Shown piece by piece: positions 36,073 through 45,932 of a stretch of DNA of 64,000 nucleotides; positions within the stretch are counted from its first letter, which is position 1; every line of letters begins with the position of its first letter. The DNA lies in contig CAYXPQ010000002.1 of assembly GCA_964467225.1 (NCBI GenBank), forward strand, positions 7,901 to 71,900, given 5' to 3'. The notes under the pieces are model-generated. The model was given only the letters and a program-made list of their open reading frames with translations, did not search any database and had not been told where the DNA came from. This DNA comes from an uncultured Candidatus Saccharibacteria bacterium. Its GTDB lineage: Bacteria; Patescibacteriota; Minisyncoccia; Phycocordibacterales; PALSA-1337. The translations under genes and the position numbers were made by a program.

Positions 36073-37379
36073 ATATTATTTAAAACAATATCATATTCAT
36101 CACTACCATCCTGCAACGCTTGCAATGAATTCTTCCTTCCACTTGTTACTGATTCAACAATATTCTTAAATAATTTTGTCGATTCATTCTTATTAGTGTC
36201 TAACCATCCCTTGGAGATAACTGCTGAATCGTAGAATATAGATAAATATGGATCTGTAGTTCCAGAAATAATCAGGTCAATTTTGACTGGTGGTAAATAT
36301 GCTAAATCTATCATCTCTTGAAGTGCATCACTGGATATCAGTGAAGAAAGTACAGTAAATGCAGATGCAGGATCTGCTGAACTCCTAACAATAGAAAATC
36401 CATACATAGCTCCATATGTAGCACGGTTCTGTGCACCTCGAGCTTGAGGGATAGGTGCAATATCGAAGTTTAAATTTGGATTTTTATTTCTCAAATCAGA
36501 AATCTCGGAAGCAAAACCAAAATATGTTGCAAGATTACCAGACAAAAAGGAACTCTTAGAATTTGCTATAGAACGATTCCAAGAATAATTAGGATCAGTT
36601 GGATTTGAGAATTGAGTAAAGAAATCCAATGCAGGTTTTGAAGTCTTAGTACCATCAAATCCTCTACTACCTAGTGAGCTGGCTAATGAAATTGGAGCAT
36701 TAGTATCAAAATTTGTCTTATATGTTATAGGATTACCTGCTTGAAGAAATAGTGTACCTAGTATTTCTCTAGCATGAGAAATATTTGTAAATTCACCCAT
36801 AGCTATGGCACTCTTTCTTACATTTGAATTTACATCTTTGATTGTTAACTTATTATTTAGATTTGTAAATTCATCCCAATATTTAGGGTAAGTTGGTATA
36901 CCTGCATTAATAAATGTATCCCTATTCCAATACATTACCATAGGGTCAATTACGAAAGGCAAAGCCAGTGTACCTCCTGACACAAGATACAATTCTGCTT
37001 GCGATATAAAACTACTTTTAAAATCTCTTTCTGTAAGAGCTGTTGGTGGAATCAGAGTAATCTTGTCTACATATCTAGATATTAAATCTTGAGACACCAA
37101 TATCGCATCTGGTCCTTGTCCTCGTGCCAAAGCCTCTATAAATGTTTTGTCAAAATTTAATTCTGATATTTCTGTATAATTTATTTTTAATTGTATTGCT
37201 CTTGTTGAATTAATTCTGCCAACATAATCATTAAAAACCCTAGCTGGAAATGTCCCCCATACAGCTATTGTGGGCAATTCAGTCTTCTGGCTTGCCCCTT
37301 TATAGGTGGCAAATAATGCCACACCAATGATTGCAAAAACTACAAATATTGCTGTTAAAATTGCTTGAAATTTACTCAT
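36069..37379 (-). CDS. Membrane-anchored extracellular solute-binding protein (SBP family 1, MalE-like); orphan, no permease adjacent
   Basis: 436 aa with an N-terminal TM anchor and SBP_bac_1-like motifs (GQGPDAILV, MYWNRDTF). Confidence 0.65.
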   Translation of the reverse strand: MSKFQAILTAIFVVFAIIGVALFATYKGASQKTELPTIAVWGTFPARVFNDYVGRINSTRAIQLKINYTEISELNFDKTFIEALARGQGPDAILVSQDLISRYVDKITLIPPTALTERDFKSSFISQAELYLVSGGTLALPFVIDPMVMYWNRDTFINAGIPTYPKYWDEFTNLNNKLTIKDVNSNVRKSAIAMGEFTNISHAREILGTLFLQAGNPITYKTNFDTNAPISLASSLGSRGFDGTKTSKPALDFFTQFSNPTDPNYSWNRSIANSKSSFLSGNLATYFGFASEISDLRNKNPNLNFDIAPIPQARGAQNRATYGAMYGFSIVRSSADPASAFTVLSSLISSDALQEMIDLAYLPPVKIDLIISGTTDPYLSIFYDSAVISKGWLDTNKNESTKLFKNIVESVTSGRKNSLQALQDGSDEYDIVLNNI

Positions 37380-37927
37380 GGTTTTTTAAATATAATTCCA
37401 TAATGATGGTCGCCTGCATCAAAACTTTTTTCTAATTCCATTCCAACCTTTTGGAAAATACCTTCAGCCAACAAGCGCGGAACTAAAGTCTTAGGACTTA
37501 GTGTGGTACCTTGAGCCCAATCGATCACCATTAATTTGCCACCGGATTTTAAAAGTCTTTTGATCTCAAGAGCTAAATTTTCCCTATCAGCAGATTCAAC
37601 TTGAAACAATGTATTGGAAAGTATTACTCGATCAGCAATAGATTCTCTTAATTTTGTCCCACCAATTTTTTCTATATTTCCCCAAACAACTTCCACATTA
37701 TGCAGACCCATGAGGCCCGCAGATGTCTTGATTTTAGATAGTAAATCTTGCTGAACATCTACTGCATATACCATTCCACGAGGTCCGACTTTCTTGGCAG
37801 ATTCAATAACATAAAAACCTGACCCTGCACCAAGATCAACAACCCTCATGCCATCTGTAATACCACATTCAGCAATATTTTTTTGCGGATCAGAAAACAT
37901 AGGTATATTATACCCTTTTATAGACAA
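37376..37927 (-). CDS. Class I SAM-dependent methyltransferase
   Basis: 183 aa with motif [12 protein letters not shown] and an acidic post-I residue in AVDV. Confidence 0.7.
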   Translation of the reverse strand: MSIKGYNIPMFSDPQKNIAECGITDGMRVVDLGAGSGFYVIESAKKVGPRGMVYAVDVQQDLLSKIKTSAGLMGLHNVEVVWGNIEKIGGTKLRESIADRVILSNTLFQVESADRENLALEIKRLLKSGGKLMVIDWAQGTTLSPKTLVPRLLAEGIFQKVGMELEKSFDAGDHHYGIIFKKP

Positions 37928-40392
37928 ATAAGTGAAGCCAAGGAATCCCCATCTCTTAATTTCATTACTCTAACACCTTGAGTTGATCTTCCTAATGTTG
38001 GAATCTCTTTTAGATTAACTCTAATTACTTGACTTTTTTTGGACATTGCAACTATTTCCTCTATATCATCAGTCACAACTTTTGCAGCCATAAGTGCACC
38101 CGTCTTGTCAGTTACATTCATTGTAAGTATTCCGGATCCGCCTCTATTCTGGACTTTATATTCATCAAGTGTTGTTTTCTTTCCATAGCCATGTTCACCC
38201 ATCACAAATAGTGCTGGATTCTTAGCATCTTTTGAGACAACATCTGCACTAATTACTGCATCATCTTTACCAAGTTTTATTATTCTAACTCCTGTTGCAT
38301 TTCTACCCATTTCTCTTACATCACTTTCATCAAATCTGATTGACTGACCATCCCGAGTTGCTATAACTACAGAATCACTCTTTGAAACAAATGATGCAGA
38401 GATTAGTTCATCTCCACTTTCAAGAGTAATAGCAATAAGTCCCGATCTCCTTACATCATGGAAATGCTTGGCTGAGCTCTTCTTGCCTGTACCATTTCTT
38501 GTAACCATCATAAGAGACAGTCCATCTGCTTCCTTTTTATTCTTTGGCATAGGAAGTATTGAGGTGATTTTCTCACCATCTGAAAGAGAAAGAAAATTCA
38601 TTACAGACTTGCCTCTTGTGGCTCTTTTGCCTTCTGGAATATCATACATTTTGATCTGATAAGCCTTACCCTTGTCCGTAAAGAACAAGATATCATTATG
38701 GGAGCTTGCATATACAAGATGAGTAATGAAATCTTCTTCTTTTGTATCAAGGTCTACAACCCCAACGCCCCCACGCTTCTGTTGGCGATATTCATCCGGA
38801 TTTGTTCTTTTTATATATCCACCCTTTGTTAGAACAAGAACACTTTCTTCATCTGCTATCAAATCCTCTGGATTGAAGTCCTTTAGTGCATGCTTTACTA
38901 ATCTCGTTCTTCTTTCATCACCGTATTTAGATTTAATCTCTGTTAATTCATCTTTGATAATACCCCTAACCTTCTTCTCACTACCGAGAATTTCTTTTAA
39001 TTTAATAATCAATTCTTGTATTTCTTTTAATTCATCTAGAACTTTCTTTCTCTCAAGACCAGCTAACTTCTGTAGTCTCATTTCAAGAATTGCTGTTGCC
39101 TGCTTATCTGAGAATTTGAATTTCTTCATCAAATTTGCATGTGCTTCTATAGCATCCTTTGATTCTCGTATCAAAGTAATTATTTCATCAATATGATCAA
39201 GAGCCTTTTTCAAGCCTAACAAGATATGCTCTCGGTCTTCTGCTTTTGTAAGATCAAACTGTGTTCTTCTTCTTACAACCTCTATTCTATGAGTCACAAA
39301 TTCTTCCAAAAGAGATTTTAGAGAAAGAGTTTGAGGAACTCCATTTACAAGTGCAACAATATTTACATGAAAAGTATCTTCTAATTGAGTATGCTTATAT
39401 ATAAAATTAAGAACTTTCTCAGGATATGCACCAGATTTGAGATCAATAACGATTCTCATTTCCTTATCTGATTCATCTCTAAGGCCCTTTATACCATCAA
39501 TAACCTTATCTCTTACAAGATCGGCAATTTTGATAATTAAATCAGACTTTGTAACTCTGAATGGTATTGACTTGATAATTATTTGGAATTGACCCTTTTT
39601 GTCTTCTACAACCTCAGCTTCACCTCTTACAACGATACCTCCTCTACCTGTGGTATATGCATGGTGAATGTCTTTCTCTCCATACATTATTCCTCCAGTT
39701 GGAAAATCAGGACCTTTTATAAACTGTAATAAATCTTCATTTGTTGCACTCTTGTTATCAATAAGATGTGTTGTAGCATCAATAACCTCACCAAGATTAT
39801 GAGGGGCAATATTTGTTGCCATACCAACTGCAATACCTAGAGTTCCATTTAGTAGAAGATTCGGTACAGCTGTAGGCAAGACTGTAGGTTCCTTTCTTGT
39901 ACCATCATAATTTGGATTAAAATTTACTGTATTCTTCTCAATATCCTTTAATAATTCGGATGCAAGCTTTGACATTCTTGCTTCTGTATAACGCATAGCA
40001 GCTTGTGGATCTCCATCAATATTACCGAAGTTACCTTGACCCTGAATAAGTGGGTATCTCATCTTGAAGTCCTGTGCCATACCTACCATAGAATCATAGA
40101 CAGCCACATCTCCATGTGGGTGATAATTTCCCAGGACATCTCCTACTACCACGGCTGATTTACGGAATTTAGCTGAGGAAGTCAAACCTTTCTCATGCAT
40201 TGAATATAGTATTCTTCTATGTACTGGTTTTAATCCATCTCTTACATCTGGTAATGCACGATCTGTAATAACTGACATAGCATAGTCAAGAAATGACTCT
40301 CTCATCTCTGTAGTGATATTTCTTCCAATTATACCCTTTGCTGGATCTCTTGGGATCTGATTTTCAGTATTATCAGTTTGTTTTTTAGCCAT
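37918..40392 (-). CDS. gyrA: DNA gyrase subunit A
   Basis: 824 aa containing [14 protein letters not shown], the active-site Tyr region, and C-terminal beta-pinwheel repeats. Confidence 0.95.
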   Translation of the reverse strand: MAKKQTDNTENQIPRDPAKGIIGRNITTEMRESFLDYAMSVITDRALPDVRDGLKPVHRRILYSMHEKGLTSSAKFRKSAVVVGDVLGNYHPHGDVAVYDSMVGMAQDFKMRYPLIQGQGNFGNIDGDPQAAMRYTEARMSKLASELLKDIEKNTVNFNPNYDGTRKEPTVLPTAVPNLLLNGTLGIAVGMATNIAPHNLGEVIDATTHLIDNKSATNEDLLQFIKGPDFPTGGIMYGEKDIHHAYTTGRGGIVVRGEAEVVEDKKGQFQIIIKSIPFRVTKSDLIIKIADLVRDKVIDGIKGLRDESDKEMRIVIDLKSGAYPEKVLNFIYKHTQLEDTFHVNIVALVNGVPQTLSLKSLLEEFVTHRIEVVRRRTQFDLTKAEDREHILLGLKKALDHIDEIITLIRESKDAIEAHANLMKKFKFSDKQATAILEMRLQKLAGLERKKVLDELKEIQELIIKLKEILGSEKKVRGIIKDELTEIKSKYGDERRTRLVKHALKDFNPEDLIADEESVLVLTKGGYIKRTNPDEYRQQKRGGVGVVDLDTKEEDFITHLVYASSHNDILFFTDKGKAYQIKMYDIPEGKRATRGKSVMNFLSLSDGEKITSILPMPKNKKEADGLSLMMVTRNGTGKKSSAKHFHDVRRSGLIAITLESGDELISASFVSKSDSVVIATRDGQSIRFDESDVREMGRNATGVRIIKLGKDDAVISADVVSKDAKNPALFVMGEHGYGKKTTLDEYKVQNRGGSGILTMNVTDKTGALMAAKVVTDDIEEIVAMSKKSQVIRVNLKEIPTLGRSTQGVRVMKLRDGDSLASLICL

Positions 40393-40503
40393 ATTTGTCA
40401 GACTATTATAGCAAAATCATTAATAATTGTCATATTAAATTAGTATTGACTTATACATATTTTTGTGATAGGTTTTGATTGGCGTTCAGTAGTTCTAGAC
40501 ACA

Positions 40504-40535
40504 AACCAAACAGGCGCAGTGAGCCTTAATCACTG
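40504..40535. repeat. Outer inverted repeat, left copy (32 bp; shared 5' leader of the 40550 gene)
   Basis: AACCAAACAGGCGCAGTGAGCCTTAATCACTG is the exact reverse complement of 44554..44585 and contains the palindrome CAGTGA-N7-TCACTG. Confidence 0.85.
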
Positions 40536-40549
40536 GGAAAGGTAGAATT

Positions 40550-41053
40550 ATGCTTTGGGTAATTATTACAGCCATATTCACTTCCTTCTTTGCTGGAATT
40601 CTGTCGGTTTTTTCCTGCAGGACTTTTGAGAAGCGAGCTGCGGGCTTAAGGATTTTCTTTGTATCAGGATTCACTCTGGTAGCAGTTCTTCTTACATGTA
40701 AAGTCTGTTACGATAGAAGTTTTGAGGAAGGCGCTATAACGCGTGAAGGAATTTCAATTCCGGCCGCGCTTCGCCCTGAGCTTGAAGGTAAGGTTATCAC
40801 ACCGTTGGGTGTAGTCTGTCACGGTGAAGTGATATTTGTAATCGCAAATGACAAGTTATACACATTGCTTGGCACCGTCCTAGAGAAAGATCTCACCCCC
40901 ACCAACATGGTCGGTAGAAAATTAATCTTCTACCAGAAAGGTAAAGTCACTCACATCGGTGTCGTGCAACCTGAAGCACAGGCAGTCCCCACCCAAATCG
41001 GCTATACGAACACGAATGAGCATTATCAAAATGCTCTACCGAAGGTGAAATAA
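40550..41053 (+). CDS. GC-rich small membrane protein A (2 N-terminal TM helices plus soluble C-terminal domain)
   Basis: 167 aa. The gene is GC-rich, preceded by the outer repeat and an RBS, and followed by the inner-repeat terminator. Confidence 0.45.
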   Translation: MLWVIITAIFTSFFAGILSVFSCRTFEKRAAGLRIFFVSGFTLVAVLLTCKVCYDRSFEEGAITREGISIPAALRPELEGKVITPLGVVCHGEVIFVIANDKLYTLLGTVLEKDLTPTNMVGRKLIFYQKGKVTHIGVVQPEAQAVPTQIGYTNTNEHYQNALPKVK

Positions 41054-41064
41054 CACCCTCATAC

Positions 41065-41110
41065 ACCCCGTCAGCAAATCTGAAAAGAAATGCTCACGGG
41101 GTGGTTTTTA
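41065..41110. repeat. Inner inverted repeat, left copy (46 bp; hairpin terminator)
   Basis: ACCCCGTCAGCAAATCTGAAAAGAAATGCTCACGGGGTGGTTTTTA is the exact reverse complement of 44155..44200. It forms a long hairpin plus T-run, giving a terminator in both orientations. Confidence 0.85.
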
Positions 41111-41617
41111 TATTGCAAAAACAACTTTCTCTAATTCTACAATTCTAGCCTTATGATCATTTAATAAAGTTTGCTCTAAATTTGTTGATCTGACCTCATA
41201 TCTACCAATATGAGCTTCTATCTTAGTCATTTCCTCTTTTATTTCCTGAGTAGTAGATTCTAATCTGTCTAATCTATTATCAATAATTTCAAATTCAACA
41301 GAATGTTCATCTAATTTTTCATTTACTCTTCTAAATTCATTTTCATTTATAAGTGCCAAATCGTTAATTTCTTTGCTAATTTCGTTGAATCTAGAATCAA
41401 TTGTGGAGAATTTAGAATCTATTGAAGAAAATTTTGAGTCAATTTTATCAAACTTTTCATCTATTTTAGAGAATTTCTCATCGATCTTATCAAATTTTTC
41501 GTCTATAATATCAAATTTCTTATCCATCTTATCGAATTTCTCATCTATCTTATCGAATTTTATATCTAACTTCTTATTTAAATCTATAATGTAATTTGGT
41601 ACTGTTTCTATCATCAT
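41108..41617 (-). CDS. Coiled-coil protein with tandem heptad (21-nt) repeats KFDKIDE; paralog of 8709..9062
   Basis: 169 aa containing about 9 tandem repeats (KFDKIDE/KFSKIDE/KFSSIDS) and a C-terminus shared with the 8709 protein. Confidence 0.5.
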   Translation of the reverse strand: MMIETVPNYIIDLNKKLDIKFDKIDEKFDKMDKKFDIIDEKFDKIDEKFSKIDEKFDKIDSKFSSIDSKFSTIDSRFNEISKEINDLALINENEFRRVNEKLDEHSVEFEIIDNRLDRLESTTQEIKEEMTKIEAHIGRYEVRSTNLEQTLLNDHKARIVELEKVVFAI

Positions 41618-41750
41618 TATTTTTAATTAGTAATTAATAATCGCACGTAACATTGGGTACTTATGTTGAGTGAATTATAAACTACTTAAATATGACAATG
41701 CAAATAAAATTACAGATAAGACACAGAAAAATTAATTAGTGAAATTATGA

Positions 41751-42056
41751 TTATCTATTACCTGGTAAAATCTCTATTGAATCATTTGTAAATTCAACTT
41801 TATTAGAACCAAAAAATACACTCTTGATATCACTCCAAGCATCTAATGCGGTAGCAGTGAGACTAGAAACAGGTGCATCAACTTTAACAGCAGTATTTTT
41901 TAAATCTTTTGCAATTTTTGTATTTGAGACAAAACCAAATGAGGCGATCCATCCAGCAAATACGACAAATGTAAATGCAGATGCAAACATAAATGCTACA
42001 CGTCTTCGAATGTGTTCTGGTTTAGATTTTAAATTATTTACATAATCTATCATCAA
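41751..42056 (-). CDS. Hypothetical small membrane protein
   Basis: 101 aa with one TM helix. Confidence 0.4.
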   Translation of the reverse strand: MMIDYVNNLKSKPEHIRRRVAFMFASAFTFVVFAGWIASFGFVSNTKIAKDLKNTAVKVDAPVSSLTATALDAWSDIKSVFFGSNKVEFTNDSIEILPGNR

Positions 42057-42066
42057 TATAATTATA

Positions 42067-42717
42067 CTATTCTTTTGATGAATCTAGAAGCATCACATCA
42101 CCCTCTTTACCCTCCAAATCTTTCTTCTTCAATGTTAGCTTTGATTCTGGACTTGGATTCTCACCAGCCTCCTTCAAAAACTGTTTTAATGAGTCTTTCT
42201 CTCCAATATCTCCATAATGCATCGGTATAATTATCTTTGGCTGTAATGATACAGCGAGCTTATATGCTTTTGCAGGATCTAGAACTCCTTCACCACCGAT
42301 AGGTACAAATAATATATCTATCTCATCAAGAGCTTCAATAGTTTCTGCTTTTAATTCTGAATTATTGATAGCACCTAGAAAGCAAATATTCATATTTTCA
42401 AGAGAAACAGTATATATAGTATTTATTAAATCCTTACCACCGTATTTAGACTCCGAAGGAAGACCCTTAATAAATACATCATTAACCTCATATTCGCCAG
42501 GACCAGAAATAATAAAAGGCTTCTTGTCACCATGAGCTACTTGATCGAATCCAATAAAATCTTCATGGTATGTAGTATTGAGAACTATATCAGTACCAAA
42601 TCTACTAGATTTCAACTTTGAATCTTTGGATATTGGATTAAATGCAATTGTTGTATTACCAAACTGAACCTTGAAAAATTCCGCTCCGAAATATGTAATA
42701 ATCATAAGTAATGGCAT
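42067..42717 (-). CDS. MBL-fold metal-dependent hydrolase (Lactamase_B_3-like)
   Basis: 216 aa with an HxHxDH-like region around TYHEDF/H and a C-terminal IIIPMHYG typical of UlaG-like MBL-fold proteins. Confidence 0.6.
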   Translation of the reverse strand: MPLLMIITYFGAEFFKVQFGNTTIAFNPISKDSKLKSSRFGTDIVLNTTYHEDFIGFDQVAHGDKKPFIISGPGEYEVNDVFIKGLPSESKYGGKDLINTIYTVSLENMNICFLGAINNSELKAETIEALDEIDILFVPIGGEGVLDPAKAYKLAVSLQPKIIIPMHYGDIGEKDSLKQFLKEAGENPSPESKLTLKKKDLEGKEGDVMLLDSSKE

Positions 42718-42747
42718 TATAACAGAAATCTATGATATCGTTAAGAT

Positions 42748-43431
42748 ATGCAAGATAATACATGGGAAAAGGAATACAGAGACCCAAAACTCATATCACT
42801 CAGTGATGAGCCGATAAAATGCTTGAAGGATTTTGTAAGATATTTAAGAAAAGAAGAAAAAATTGAATTAAATAATTTAAATATCCTAGATCTTGGCTGT
42901 GGTAATGCAAAAAATAGCATTTATATTGCTAATCAGGGAGACAATAACAAAGTCTTTGGAATAGATATATCTCCCACCGCTATCAACTTAGCTAGAAATG
43001 CATATACTGCTGGTAATTTCCAAGTTGGTAATATCGGACAATCATTTACTTTTCCTGATAGAAATTTTGACATTATTCTAGACATAACTTCATCAAATTC
43101 TCTTACAGAAAGTGAAAGAGGTATCTATCTTTCAGAAATTAATAGAACAATTAAGAATAAAGGTTATTTATTCGTACGAGCTTTATGTAAAGACGGCGAT
43201 TCTAATGCCAAGAATTTATTAAAATCAAATCCAGGTAAAGAAAAAGATACCTATATAATGCCCGAGCTTGGACTGACTGAAAGAGTTTTTTCAAAAGACG
43301 ATTTAATTTCCTTTTATTCTGACTCATTTGAATTATTGTATTTAGATAAAGAGACACATTATACTAAGTTTAATAATAGATCCTACAAAAGGAATTTCTG
43401 GGTGAGTGCGTGGACGCATACACTAAATTGA
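42748..43431 (+). CDS. Class I SAM-dependent methyltransferase
   Basis: 227 aa with motif I ILDLGCGNAKNS and a post-I GIDIS. Confidence 0.7.
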   Translation: MQDNTWEKEYRDPKLISLSDEPIKCLKDFVRYLRKEEKIELNNLNILDLGCGNAKNSIYIANQGDNNKVFGIDISPTAINLARNAYTAGNFQVGNIGQSFTFPDRNFDIILDITSSNSLTESERGIYLSEINRTIKNKGYLFVRALCKDGDSNAKNLLKSNPGKEKDTYIMPELGLTERVFSKDDLISFYSDSFELLYLDKETHYTKFNNRSYKRNFWVSAWTHTLN

Positions 43432-43559
43432 CATAGGAATAAAATTTGATATGATAGTAGTAGCACTTGGATGGGCTTGCCCTCTCACGGTCAATGTTTA
43501 TCCAAACCGTAGCCAAGTGCCGACAAAACGTATCACTTTAATTAGTGGTATTTTTTGTT

Positions 43560-44042
43560 TTAATCTATTTCCGAATCACCATCATACAATTTCCTATTGT
43601 TTAAAATTTTATTTTGCTTCCAAAATGGAATTATGCTCCAGAAATATGGTTGTGAATCATTAATCTGCTTTACAATAATTTTGATTCTTATCTTTCTATC
43701 AATTACAGCAATAAACTCATAGTATGTAACATCAACAAGAATCCTCTCATTTCTCTGATTACTTCTATTTAGTTCAAACATTCTTGTTTCATTAATTCCT
43801 TGTAAAGTTTTCGAATCTTGGATTACTAAGGGAGCATATTTAAAGAGTCTTAGTCTGGTATATTGATCTAATATAGATCTTGCTTTGTGTCTATCTTTAA
43901 ATTTTAAGTGCTCCTTGCCCTTTGAGTTAAAAGTGATTTTACTTCTCAGATACGGACACCATACTTCGCCAATATTTGAGTATAAATATTCTGCCTTGTC
44001 TTTAATCTCATCAAAATCCATTGGTGTTTTACTATTCTCCAT
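43560..44042 (-). CDS. Hypothetical protein (beta-rich, basic)
   Basis: 160-aa ORF with no family recognised. Confidence 0.4.
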   Translation of the reverse strand: MENSKTPMDFDEIKDKAEYLYSNIGEVWCPYLRSKITFNSKGKEHLKFKDRHKARSILDQYTRLRLFKYAPLVIQDSKTLQGINETRMFELNRSNQRNERILVDVTYYEFIAVIDRKIRIKIIVKQINDSQPYFWSIIPFWKQNKILNNRKLYDGDSEID

Positions 44043-44154
44043 GTATTTGTAATCATTAATTACTAATCCTATAACCCTACCAAATCAGTTATTAAGAAAA
44101 GCTTAAGAAAAGTGTTGTTTTCACCATTCAGCAACAATTTTTAAAATATGTAAA

Positions 44155-44200
44155 TAAAAACCACCCCGTGAGCATTTCTTTTCAGATTTGCTGACGGGGT
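44155..44200. repeat. Inner inverted repeat, right copy (46 bp; hairpin terminator)
   Basis: Exact reverse complement of 41065..41110. Confidence 0.85.
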
Positions 44201-44229
44201 GGGTGTTAAGAGGATAATCCAAAACAACT

Positions 44230-44538
44230 TCACCCTCTGTTCACTTCATCGACTGGAGAAGGTTTGGTAGTACAATAATGCTTTTCAGCAAGCTCATATC
44301 CTTCTATCTTTCCATCCTGCTTCCCTCTTGCGTATCCACCATTAAATCCCAAAATCCTCGCCTTCATGTGAATACACTCTGCATAAACATACAAAAGCAG
44401 TAATAAGACTGGGGATTTAACATTGGCACTCAGTGTGCAAAAATAACTTGAAATACAAAACAAAATAATTACCAGCCACATTGTTAATGCACACTTACCC
44501 CAAAAATTCGCAGAGCGAGATTGCAGAAACTTTGTCAT
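44230..44538 (-). CDS. GC-rich small membrane protein B (distant paralog of protein A)
   Basis: 102 aa. The internal MWLVIILFCISSYF resembles MLWVIITAIFTSFF of protein A. It is flanked by the same leader and terminator repeats as gene A. Confidence 0.45.
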   Translation of the reverse strand: MTKFLQSRSANFWGKCALTMWLVIILFCISSYFCTLSANVKSPVLLLLLYVYAECIHMKARILGFNGGYARGKQDGKIEGYELAEKHYCTTKPSPVDEVNRG

Positions 44539-44553
44539 AACTCTTTTCCTCCT

Positions 44554-44585
44554 CAGTGATTAAGGCTCACTGCGCCTGTTTGGTT
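44554..44585. repeat. Outer inverted repeat, right copy (32 bp; shared 5' leader of the 44538 gene)
   Basis: Exact reverse complement of 40504..40535, followed on the minus strand by AGGAGG and ATG. Confidence 0.85.
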
Positions 44586-44780
44586 GTTGTTTGAACGAAC
44601 TAAATACAAAATTAACTTATCATAAATATATGAGGTAGTCAATAGCAATTTTATGCATTTTATATTATAGTATGTCAACGGTTAGATTAACTTAAATTAA
44701 CCGATTATTAACAAATCCTATACGCTAAAACCGCACCTTTTATCATTAATAATTAAAAAGCGGATCGTATAGATATAAAT

Positions 44781-45932
44781 ATGCCTAGAAAAACAAAAGA
44801 AGAATCAGTAGTAGAAGCAACAGAAACAAAGAAAGTTAAAAAAGAGAAGGTTGCTGTGGAGCCAAAATTAGACACAGTAATGGACAGAATTATTTTTAAT
44901 TCTGCTAATCCCCCATTAACTGGAGATCTAGTTGAAGGTCCAGTTATAAATATAGAGAAATCAGCAGTATATATTGACCTAGCACCATTTGGTACAGGTA
45001 TTATATTTGGTCGTGAATATTTAACAGCAAGAGATATTATCAAGAAGATAAATATTGGTGATGTTGTTGCTGCAAAGGTAGTAGATACAAATAACAAAGA
45101 AGGTTATATTGAGCTTTCTCTAAAAGAAGCAAGACAAGCCCTTATCTGGAGTGAAGCAGAAGCTGCAATTAATAATAAAGCAATACTAGAATTACCAATT
45201 GTTGAAGCTAACAAAGGAGGTTTGATAATACAATGGCAAGGTATTTCAGGATTCCTTCCTGCATCACAACTAAAAACAGAACATTATCCAAGAGTAGCTG
45301 ATGGAGACAAGGATAAGATTCTTGAAGAATTAAAGAAATTAATCGGAACAAAGATTTCTGTTTCAATAATTTCTGCTGTACCAAAGGAAGGTAAGCTTAT
45401 CTTCTCAGAGAAGAGTCCAGAGCAGAAAGACAAGGAACATATAATTGGCAAATACAAAGTTAACGATACAGTTGAAGGAACAGTTACAGGAATTGTAGAC
45501 TTCGGAGTATTTGTTAAATTAGAAGATGGCTTAGAAGGACTTGTACATATTTCAGAAATAGACTGGTCTCTTGTAGAAGATCCTAGATCTCTATTTAAAG
45601 TAGGTCAGAAGATCAAGGTTAAGGTAATTGAAATTAAGGAAGGCAAGGTTTCTCTATCAATCAAAGCATTGAAGGAGAATCCATGGATGGAAGCTTCAAA
45701 GAAATACAAGAAAGATATGCTAGTTGAAGGAGTTGTAATCAAATTCAATAAGCATGGAGCTCTTGCATCTATAGAAGAAGGAATCGCTGGACTTGTTCAT
45801 GTTAGTGAATTCGGTTCAGAAGAGAAATTAAGAAAGAATCTTGAACTTGGCAAGTCATACAATTTCAAGATCACTCTATTCGATGTGAAGGAACAAAAGA
45901 TGGCATTATCTTTCACTGGGGAGAAGAAATAA
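44781..45932 (+). CDS. rpsA: 30S ribosomal protein S1 (short, 4 S1 domains)
   Basis: 383 aa with repeated S1 OB-fold motifs (GxVxGxVxxIxDFGxFVxL). Confidence 0.85.
   Translation: MPRKTKEESVVEATETKKVKKEKVAVEPKLDTVMDRIIFNSANPPLTGDLVEGPVINIEKSAVYIDLAPFGTGIIFGREYLTARDIIKKINIGDVVAAKVVDTNNKEGYIELSLKEARQALIWSEAEAAINNKAILELPIVEANKGGLIIQWQGISGFLPASQLKTEHYPRVADGDKDKILEELKKLIGTKISVSIISAVPKEGKLIFSEKSPEQKDKEHIIGKYKVNDTVEGTVTGIVDFGVFVKLEDGLEGLVHISEIDWSLVEDPRSLFKVGQKIKVKVIEIKEGKVSLSIKALKENPWMEASKKYKKDMLVEGVVIKFNKHGALASIEEGIAGLVHVSEFGSEEKLRKNLELGKSYNFKITLFDVKEQKMALSFTGEKK

Noticed and set aside
40446-40474. Candidate sigma-70 promoter TTGACT-N17-TAGGTT upstream of gene A
   Set aside because: The -10 hexamer is poor and an alternative extended -10 is ambiguous, so it was not called as a feature.
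41373-41594. 73-aa plus-strand ORF MLISLNLESIVENLESIEENF...
   Set aside because: Antisense of the 21-nt tandem repeats of the coiled-coil gene, and repetitive by construction.
43451-43663. 70-aa plus ORF between the MTase and the 160-aa gene
   Set aside because: It overlaps the 3' end of the 43560..44042 gene antisense and has no RBS or motif.
40504-44585. IS-flanked composite transposon
   Set aside because: No transposase-like ORF or DDE motif was found in either flanking cassette or the cargo. The flanks are small membrane-protein genes.
44753-45097. 114-aa minus-strand ORF overlapping the start of rpsA
   Set aside because: Antisense to a highly conserved S1 coding region, with low-complexity Ser/Thr/Phe composition.
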